A stretch of 64,000 bases of DNA, taken from positions 13,888,001 through 13,952,000 of the forward strand of contig CAIIXF020000001.1 in assembly GCA_903813345.2 (NCBI GenBank), read 5' to 3'. This DNA is from Owenia fusiformis. Its lineage: Eukaryota. Under the pieces are notes generated by a model. It did not search any database, was not told the origin of the DNA, and worked only from the letters and a program-made list of their open reading frames with translations. Shown piece by piece: positions 50,515 to 61,000 of the stretch (the stretch's first letter is position 1; each line of letters starts with the position of its first letter). Made by a program: the position numbers and the translations under genes.

Positions 50515-53500
50515 CACAGCCAATCTCAAACTGTACTGTACAGCGCTGTTTTTGAAACAGTACTGTACAGCGCTGTAAAAACAGTGCTGTACAGCGCTGT
50601 TTTCCAAAACAGTACTGTACAGCGCTGTAAAAACAGTACTGTACAGCGCTGTTTAAAACAGTACTGTACAGCGCTGTAAAAGCAGTACTGTACAGCGCTG
50701 TAAGATAAACAGTGCTGTACAGCGCTGTAAAAACAGTACTGTACAGCGCTGTTTTTGACTTTGAAAATGATAAATATATTATATCATAATATATTCTGTT
50801 ATAATAGAGGGTCAAGGGTATTTTATGTTTTGTTATTGATGTTTGATTACAAAGGCCACTTTTATCAAAAGGCATTAATTTTTTTTTTCAAAACGGGAGG
50901 CCCAGAATGAGAAAACCAGGTATTATTGTTCTTATTATTTACACTGCCAAAATAACTCCATGCTAAATCAGCGCTAATCTTTTTTCGCGCTAATTTAGCG
51001 CTGATTTGGTACTGAATTGGTACAAATAAAGTTTGTGTGGAATTAGCGCTAATAAATCAGTACCAAATCAGTACAAACCTCAGTTGGTGCGAAATCAGCA
51101 CTAACTTAGCAGTGCTAATTTAGTGCTGAGTTAGTGCTGATTTAGCACTAACAAAACTTATATTTTTTCTGACTTTTATTACAGTATTATTGATTGATTT
51201 AAGCAATATTGATATTACTTATTTAGAGTTTGAAATATTTTATTATAAATAACATTCATTATTGTGATTTCTTCAATTGAGTTTGACATCTTAGGGAAAT
51301 CCCTGGGAAATCCCTGGGAAATCCCTTTGAACTTTTGACCTATGACGTCACACATTCTATGACTCATACAGGAAGTTTGAGAAGCCACATATTTTAAATT
51401 TTGATTTCTGTGCCAGTCTCTGCCATCTGTCTGCAATTTTCACTTGTAAGTATATATTTGATTGTTTTGTATGAATAAATGAGCATATGCTAGGTGCACC
51501 TATTATATAGAAGACTTTCAAATACCAGATAGGCTCTGTGGGATAGGCTAGGGTGAAATTCAAAGATAAAAATTCAGGAGGAATTGAAAAAAAAATTCAA
51601 ATTGAAAAGTCACTGAAAGTCTTGTCTTAAAAGTCCAGGGCATAGGCTAGTTCTTTGGAGTTTTTAAGAAAATATATTTATAATCTGCCAATCCTGGCCA
51701 AAATGTAATTTCTGAGTGATTTCAGTTTTAAATTCAATTTTTTATTCTTTATAAAAGATCATTTTCTTTTATCGGGAATGCATTTCTAGGCTACCTTTTT
51801 ATTTTATAGACTTGATGTTGGCACTATTGGTCAGATGTTGGCATATCATGAGGAGTGAAGGCAGTAAAGAATACAATACATAATCAATGGATGGAGGGCC
51901 ATGTATCAGCAATGTGGAATGCAACCGGGAATGCAACATACTTATGCCATTTAGGCTAGGTGCGTAAAGTAAACGTTTTAACAGTTTTAGGAAATCTAAT
52001 AATAATTTATTTTGCTTATTCAGCGTATCGTTGGAATCGTGCCCCCATGTCATATTACCATGTTCATTTCATATCACCATGTTCCCATGTTATACCACCA
52101 TGTTCATTTCATATCACCATGTTTCCATGTTACATCACCATGTCCATGTCATATCACCATGCTCCCATGTTATATCACCATGTTCATATCATATCACCAT
52201 GCTCCCATGTTATATCACCATGTTCATTTCATATCACCATGTTTCAATGTTACATCACCATGTCCATGTCATATCACCATGCTCCCATGTTATATCACCA
52301 TGTTCATATCATATCACCATGCTCCCATGTTATATCACCATGTTCATTTCATATCACCATGCTCCCATGTTATATCACCATGTTCATTTCATATCACCAT
52401 GTTCCCATGTTACATCACCATGTCCATGTCATATCACCATGCTCCCATGTTATATCACCGTGTTCATTTCATATCACCATGCTCCCATGTTACATCACCA
52501 TGTTCACTTCATATCACCATGCTCCCATGTTATATCACAATGTTCATTTCATATCACCATGCTCCCATGTTATATCACCATGTTCATTTCATATCACCAT
52601 GTTCCCATGTTATATCACCATGTTCATTTCATATCAACATGTTCCCATGTTATATCACCATGTTCATTTCATATTACCTGCTCCCATGTTATATCACCAT
52701 GTTTGTTTTATATCATCATGCCCCAATGTTATATCACCATTCATTTCATCATGCTACCATGTTCATAACCTTATTCATGCCCTCATGTCATATCACCAAT
52801 TAAACATGTTAATAGCCTATGCTTCCTCACAGGGCTATAATAAAATTGTAAATACGTCAACCCTAACTTTGACAAAATAATCTAGCATTATATTTTGGCC
52901 CTGTAAAAATATTGGAAACAATTTGTGTATGCAAACTGAATTCTTTGTTCAAAGATATTATTTCGAACTTTAATTTATATTGGTAAGCAAATCTGCGAAT
53001 ATTCATAGAAAACTATATTTTCAGGTAACTGTTGTCAGTTATAACAACAAAAAGCTTGTGGTACCAGCATATAATCAATTTGAACCAAATCCGCCAACTG
53101 GTACTTGAGTTTTCAAAGATTACAATTTTTTATGAAAAATGGCTGCCATTTTGAAATTTAGTGGCCATCATCAAAATGTCTTCTTCAACAAAGCTCTATT
53201 GTCCTGAGGCATCAGCATATAAAATTTGAGTTATCAAAGATTTAATTTTTTACAAAAAAATGGCGTGCATTTTGAATTGAGTCGCCATATTGAAAATTGA
53301 TAAGAGGTCAGAGGTTCTACACCGATAAGGCATTAGACTATAAATTTTGAACCGAATCCAGCAACCGGTATTTCATTTATCGTTCGGACAGACGGACAAA
53401 CGGACGAATGGACGGATGGACGGATGGCTTTCTATATCTTCATCTAACTTCCTTCGGTGGGATAATAATGATAATTATGTACATTTGTCTCTCAATTTGT

Positions 53501-54641
53501 CTTTTCAGATTACAACAGCCAGACAGTTCAAACTCTTCGGAGTTATAGATGGCAGAAAGAGCAAGGGGGCAAACCCTGTAGACCTGTTTGGAAAGTCCAA
53601 AGAAAGACTTGATAGGTTAGCATAATCAATATTTAAGGGCTAGTACAGACAAGTTGATAAAAACCAAATGGTTCTTTCCAAACATCATGGCAACGTTAAA
53701 TTTAAACCCGTATCTGAAAAAATAATTGAGATATAATTCTAATCAAATATTTGATTTAAATGTCAAAATGCAACTGTATCAAAATGCTGAATATATAATA
53801 GTAAAAAATAATAAAAATAATAAAGTCACAAATCAAATCGAATGTGTACCCATTATAGTATTAATTATCAATCCATTATACTATTACTGTATACAATTTA
53901 AATATTGTGTCACTTTAATACTACTTAGGCCTGTTTGGGCGTTATCAGTTGCTCTATTCTACAAATGGACTTATTATTTCCTCTTGTTTTAAGATACACA
54001 CAAATGGAGAGAGAAACGCTGAACCGAAAATGGGAGCAGGAAGCAACCAGAGCGGCGAATACAAGCACAACCGTTACAAGGACTGAATTATAAAATTAAA
54101 ATAGAACTTTTTGACATTAGGACATTTGTAATTTTTAACAATAGGCTCAGACTTCCGTAACACTATAGTATCTGATATATTTTGTATATTTTGTATATTT
54201 CTAAATAAAATATAGGTTTTGTATTAGTATTTAATATTGAGTGTTTTGTATATTTATGGGGACAACAAAATAATCATTAAATACAAAATCCAAGTAGTAA
54301 ATGCAATTATATAGCCTACAATACACCAATATTAGGATCAAAGCATTTTGAATTTGATACCCATTAATATATATATATAATAGAAATGAATACAACTAAA
54401 TAAAAACCAGGGAATCAACCTGAAACCAAAAACATAAATTCCTAAAGTGGCCTAGCCTATAAAAATTAAAAACAGCGCTGTACAGCGCTGTTTGAGTACA
54501 GCGCTGTACAGCGCTGTATGAGCTACAGCGCTGTACAGCGTGGTACTCAAATTGTACTGTTTTGTACTGTTAATACAGCGCTGTACAGCGCTGCAAACAG
54601 CGCTGTACAGCGCTGCAAGATGATGATGCGGATTGGGGGTG
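50515..54641. mobile_element. Putative non-autonomous CACTA/EnSpm-like DNA transposon with palindromic subterminal repeats
   Basis: TA|CACAGCCAATC... and ...GATTGGGGGTG|TA form an imperfect TIR; both ends carry arrays of ACAGCGCTGT / ACAGTACTGT palindromes (50531-50755, 54471-54616). Confidence 0.6.
52045..52760. repeat. ~20/40-bp minisatellite (ATATCACCATGTTCATTTC / ATATCACCATGCTCCCATGTT)
   Basis: Direct tandem array; source of the three overlapping His/Met-rich ORFs. Confidence 0.92.
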
Positions 54642-54643
54642 TA

Positions 54644-54977
54644 CTATATTTGCACATAGCCATCTTTAGATTGATGGCTATGCAAAACTTGATATTCCCA
54701 GGCCTTTATAAAGGTCTTTTGTAAAAATGTAAGAAATCTTGGACACTTACGCTACATGGAAAAAAACAAGACCAATTACATTTTTCGTCAATTACACAGT
54801 CTCCCGACTCCGGATCACGTGATATGGTCAGGAAAACGATACTTTAGAATTTTATGCATCCATTGAAGTAGGGTAAGTGTTTCCAAGATTTCTTACATTT
54901 TTACAAAAGACCTTTAGGACTGGGAATATCAAGTTTTGCATAGCCATCAATCTAAAGATGGCTATGTGCAAATATAG
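54644..54977. mobile_element. MITE with ~100-bp TIRs and TA flanks
   Basis: TA|CTATATTTGCACATAGCCATCTTTAGATTGATGG... and ...CCATCAATCTAAAGATGGCTATGTGCAAATATAG|TA. Confidence 0.85.
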
Positions 54978-55097
54978 TAAAGTTTAGCGAACATGTTTAA
55001 GCAATACAATACCCCAAATATTGTGTGAAGGATTAAGTTCATAGTTTATTTATTATTTGATAATACTGACATAATAAGCAAAGCTTAGAAATCTAGC

Positions 55098-58000
55098 CTA
55101 TTTTCTTGGGTTTGATTTCTTAAAGCTGTAAGCTGTTCGTCCCTTTTCATCAATAAACTTCACATACAATCTTGTCTCAGTCAACTCCACTCCACAGAAA
55201 CCATATGCAGCATCAAACTTGTATGATTTCACCTAAAATATATGATAGGATAATAAGATATTGAAGTTTAATTTTGATATACATGTATTCCTATTCTTAT
55301 TGATTAAAATTCTATAAAACTTTGGGTATCGATTGTTTGTATATTTTTGGAATAAACTCACATATGAAAAAATTTATAAGATGAGAATGATATCAATAGA
55401 CAGGAGTCAGAAGTATAAAAGATTTTTATTTTGGGTATGTTCTGTGCTCTGTCATTCATCTGTCAATCAAATAACCATGAAAGGAACCATCTCAGGTAGG
55501 AACAATTTCAGGTCAAAATCTGCCCCATCTCCCTCTAAGTTAGATCGTTGTTTGGGATATTTGGGATTTGATTTCCTTATGACAGGTTGAACCCTTTAAT
55601 GTTTCATTTTCTTCCTTTGGCTTTTACACCATTTGGTATTTCCCTGTTAACACCTATACATACATTATTTAATTTATTTATTAATTATTATATCATATTG
55701 CATGCTAATATGATGCAAAAATATTAAAGTGATTTGATGTTACCCCATGTTTAGTCATCTGTTCTTTGCCACGTGTGCCCCTTGTAGTTCTTCGAGATTT
55801 ACCTGAAGTTGTGCACAATCAGTATGTTTGAAAATGCAAATTAAGTGGACAGGAATTTGCAATGAATAATAACACATGCATGTAGATCAAGCTGTAAAGT
55901 ATATGAAAAAGCTAAATATCTATCATTTTATTTAAGATTCACGAAGAAATAATGAAAAATAAACATTAAAAGAGAGTATAGGTTTACCTCCACCTCCTTG
56001 GACGACCAGATCCGTGATTGGGCTTTTGCCAGATAATGTTCTTGATACTCTGAGATGTTCATAATTGTGGTCATGTCCAGCTAGATACAAAGCAACTTTA
56101 TATTTCTCCATCAGAGGGAGGACATCCCTGTACATTGTGGATGATGATCCATGTGATCCTGTACTGAATACGGGATGATGTCCTGCCATTATAATCCAAT
56201 CAGCCTAGAATTTGAAATAACAATTTATGCCTGATGTGTATGGATGGTAAAAGTCCCATGATCATTTTCTCAGAAAGCAAATAAATAGGATTGATTGATG
56301 AGACTGACCTATTTTGTACACACCAAATTTGGTTATTGTGATATAGTAAGATTAAAAGTGAATTGAAATATAGATGGCATGCTAACAATAACATTAAAAG
56401 TAGATTGAAGATAGATGGCATGCCAGTTTTTACCCAGAAAAGTCAGTTGACAAGAAGTGGCCATATATGAGACATGTAATAATTAGTAGCAGAGAGAGGA
56501 AATAAAGAAATCGAAAGACCTAAAGGACAATAGCGACAATAACCGATAGATATAGTAGTAAGTAACATATTCACATGGTGGCGGCGAAGAAAGAACAAGC
56601 GCTTCAGGAGAGGTAATATAGTTACATTACTTTGTGCTCAAGGATTCTGACATTTTGATGAAGGCAAGAAGCCCATGCAAAAATATCTGCATCTCAATAC
56701 AGAAAAGTGAACATTGGCCAGTCAACTCAAGTTATAAGATATAAGATAAAACCCAAGTGGTAAGGAAAAGCAAATCTAGAGATAAAAGCCAAATTGAATA
56801 AGTGAGCTTCATTGGCAAAATATTGAGGTTTCAAGATAACCAAAATAAGAAAAGCAAAAGTCAAATATCAATCATATACAGTGGCAATCATAAAGCTAAA
56901 AAGTAAAGCAGTGCCCTATAGTAAGCATGATTTGATATGAAGGAAATACATTGAAGTTGCATCCAGGAGTAAAAATTGGAAAACTTGAAGTTTCAAAAAG
57001 GAAATTTTACAAAGTTACAATTTGCAATTTACATGGTATATTTTACATTGGTTTTGTAGACAGTGCAATATATTGATTTTGAACACTGTTTATTAGATTT
57101 AAGTGTCCCAGTTAGTTAGTTAGGTGTGAACTGTGAAGTTATAATTAGCCAATATTAGATGCTCTTTTCAACTTTAGGCGCACTCACTAAGCAGAGCATA
57201 ATAGGTAGCCTGAGTTTATGTTATTGAAGGCCATTATCAGATTTAGAATACTTTTTGCCATTTTAGAAGGTCAAGTTGACCTCTTAGTCTGTTTACAAAC
57301 AAGTATGGCTTGCCAATAGGGGCAGTGTAATTGATACAAAGCCTGTCAATAGATGACTTACTACAGTTTAGTGAAAGATTGACATTCCTTTAAAGAATTA
57401 TAATTAATTATAGTTAAGTGATTAGTGATTTAGCATCATAGTCTACAACTTGTGCTGTTTATTTATGCCAATTGCGTTTCAATTTTAAGCTTTAGGACAG
57501 TTAGTTTTGAAACTTCTCATAATCTTTTAACATATAGTTACAAGTTAGAATAAAGTTAGATAGAAATGCAAGTTACATTCTCATAATCAAGATATAGAAT
57601 ACTGGATTCAGTTAATTCTCTATTAAGATATTAGATTTATAGGAAGCCATTTCTTTTAACATATAGTTACAAGTTAGCATAACGTTAGATAGAAATGCAA
57701 GTTACATTGTAACGACACTGTGATGATATATCAGGTACTATTCAGATTTTGTATAAATTAAAACAGATCTATATGGTACTTGTGTTATTGTTTGGTGTGG
57801 TGTATTAGTTAATATTCAATGTTATGGATACAAGATCAACAAAAGCTGAAGACAGAAAGAAAACAGGTATGGCTGAATCTAAAGATAACACTAAACCTAC
57901 TCAAGCTGATGATGATCAGTACTATGATGACTTTGACCATGGTGTTGAAACTAAGCCGACACAAAGGGATCCTGAATTTGGTCCACAACAAGGAGGTGAT

Positions 58001-61000
58001 AGTACAATGATGATGCGTTTCATGATGGAGATGTTTGACAAAATGGAACATTCCCGTATGCAGCTAGAAGAAAGAAGAGTTAGGGAACAGCAAGAATACC
58101 GTGAGGAAAATAGGCGACTCATTGAAGAAATTCGTCATGAAAAGAAACAAGAAGAAAAGCGGCCCAAGGATCCCTACATAACGAAACTGAAAGATGGTGA
58201 TGACATCGAGGATTTTTTGACTGTGTTTGAGAGAACTGCAAAGATGTGCAACTGGAAGAAGGAGCATTGGACACTGAAATTAGCACCATCTTTATCAGGA
58301 AAAGCACAGGCTGCTTATGTCAGTTTGAATGCTGTTGATGCCATAGATTATGACACAGTCAAAGAAACTATCCTGAAGAGATATGCGATTAATCAAGAAT
58401 CTTACAGAACTCGTTTTAGGAATCTTCACAGATCTAATGATGAAGGAATTAAGCCCTTCGCAATTAGACTGACTGATGCTTTTGACAAATGGTCGAAGGA
58501 TGCTGTAACAAGAGATCAACTCAAGGATCTTATCGTCAAGGAGCAGTTAATTAGCACCTTCCCCAGTGATGTGCAAATTTGGGTCAGACAGCATGACTCA
58601 AAAACAACTGATGAAGTTGTGCACTTAGCTGACAATTACATTGAAGCAAGAAAATCTCAGAAGGAAGATGTAGAAAAAGCAGAAGCCAAGTCAAAGTTTA
58701 AAAAGTTTGGAAACAAAACCAACCCAAAGAAGAACAAAGATGATGAAGAAAAACGATCTGATACAAGTGAATCAAAAGAAGACTACTACAAGAAAGTCAA
58801 GGAGACGTCACGGTGCTTCAAATGTGGAGTCCGGGGCCACCATTCGGCTTCGTGCCAGAGTGGGAAGGAGATAATGAAATGTACAAAATGCAATAATTTG
58901 GGGCACGTGATCTCAAATTGTAGCACAGATATGTCCTTGAAATGTGAAAATTGTAATATGTTTGGTCATGTCACGAGCAGGTGCCGTAGACAAGGCAAAC
59001 AATCTTTCCTTTGCAAGGCAAAATCTGACATATTCTCTCAATACAGCAACAGTGATGATGGGACAGTTCAAGGGATGCTGAATGATAAAGAAGTGACCTT
59101 ATTGATTGATACAGGAAGCTGCAAGACCATCATTCACAAAGATTTGGTACAACCTGAGGACATTTTAACAAATGACAAGGTTATGATGACATGTGTTCAT
59201 GGGGACCAGGAATCTTACCCGACTACAAAAGTAAAGTTCGCCATTGGTGATGATGTATATCAAGTGAAAGCAGTCGTTTCTGATTCAGTCCCTACACCAG
59301 TCTTACTTGGTCAAGACATATTGAAAAGATTAGACAGGGATAAAATGAATAAGTATATATACAAAAAGATCAACCCTGTGCCTGCATATGTTACAACGAG
59401 GCAACAATGGAAGCAACAGTTGAGAGATGATGCAGATGAGGAACATGAAGTTGAGAATTCAGGAGTCAAGTTAGTTGGACAGCATGACGAAAATGATGTT
59501 CAAGAAGATGATGTTCCCATTAAAGAAGATGAGGATTATCCAAAAGAAGATGATGTTCTCACTGAAGATGATGAGGACAATCCAAAAGAAGATGAAGTTC
59601 TCACTGAAGATGATGAGAACAAGTCAAACGAAGATGATGTTCTCACTGAAGATGATGGGAATATCCCTTGAGATGCAATTCTCTCTGAAGTAGATGAGAA
59701 TGATCCAGTAGATGATGTTCTCATTGAAGATGATGAGAATAATTCTAAAGAAGATGACATCAACACAATAGGCAAGTGTAAACTCAAAGATGATATTCGT
59801 GGGCATAAACCCGTACCTGTAGTACACAATGTGACACGGAATGAATGTCAAACCAAAGATGATGTTACATTCCCTTTTTCATTTGATGAGACAGTGTTTC
59901 TACCCAAGTCAAGTGACAAGCTGTACAAAACCAAATCACAAAGAAGGGCAACCAAACAGAAACATGCAAATGTCAATCTAAACAAGGAATGTGAACTTGA
60001 TGCAGTCAGTCCAGAGGACCTAAAAGAATTGCAGAGCAACGACCCAAGTCTAAGAGACGTGCGAATGAAGATACTTAACTCGACTGAAGAAGTGCGAGAA
60101 ACTCCATACTTTATTATGAAAGATGGAATTCTGATCAGAGTTACTAAGAATCCCCTTAATGAGTATGTTGAGCAAATTGTGCTTCCTAGAAGTTGTAGGA
60201 AAAAGATACTACAATTGGCACATGACATACCTCTATCAGGGCACCTAGGAATAAAGAAGACAACAGACAGGATATTGAGGAGATTTTTCTGGCCTGGTAT
60301 CTACAAGGACATAAAGCAGTTTTGTAAATCTTGTGATATCTGCCAACATACAGCGAGAATGAGAGTTGTTGACAGAGCGCCTTTGATCCCTCTGCCTGTT
60401 GTAAAAGAACCATTTACAAAGATAGGTATGGACATAGTAGGACCTCTTCCTCGCTCTACAAAAGGAAACAGATTTATTCTTTGTATAGGAGACTACGGAA
60501 CTCGCTATCCAGAGGCAGTCCCACTTAGAAGTACAGATGCAAAGAAAATCGCCAATGAATTGATGATACTGTTTTCAAGAGTCGGCATTGTAAAGGAAAT
60601 TTTAAGTGATCAAGGAACCAACTTCATGTCTAAGTTGCTGAATGAGGTGTACAGATTACTAGGTGTCAAAGGAATCAAGAGTACCCCATATCATCAACAA
60701 ACAGATGGCCAAGTTGAAAGGTTCAATGGTACTTTGATTAACATGCTGAAGAAGTTTGTTGTTGCAGAACCAAAACTATGGGATGTTTACCTTCCCTATG
60801 TTTTGTTCGCATATCGTGAAGTACCAAATGAATCTACAGGATTTTCTCCCTTTGAATTGCTATATGGACGTGATGTTCGAGGACCATTAGATGTTCTGAA
60901 AGAAACATGGACAGCTAAAGAAGACACCCCACAGACTGTTGTTGATTATGTTCTCAAGATGAGAGATAAGCTAAGCAACTTACAGATTCTTGCTGAAGAA

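Noticed and set aside
51960-52880. Three overlapping His/Met/Cys-rich ORFs suggesting a metal-binding protein
   Set aside because: All three frames are open because of a stop-free ~20/40-nt minisatellite; the peptides are frame rotations of one another.
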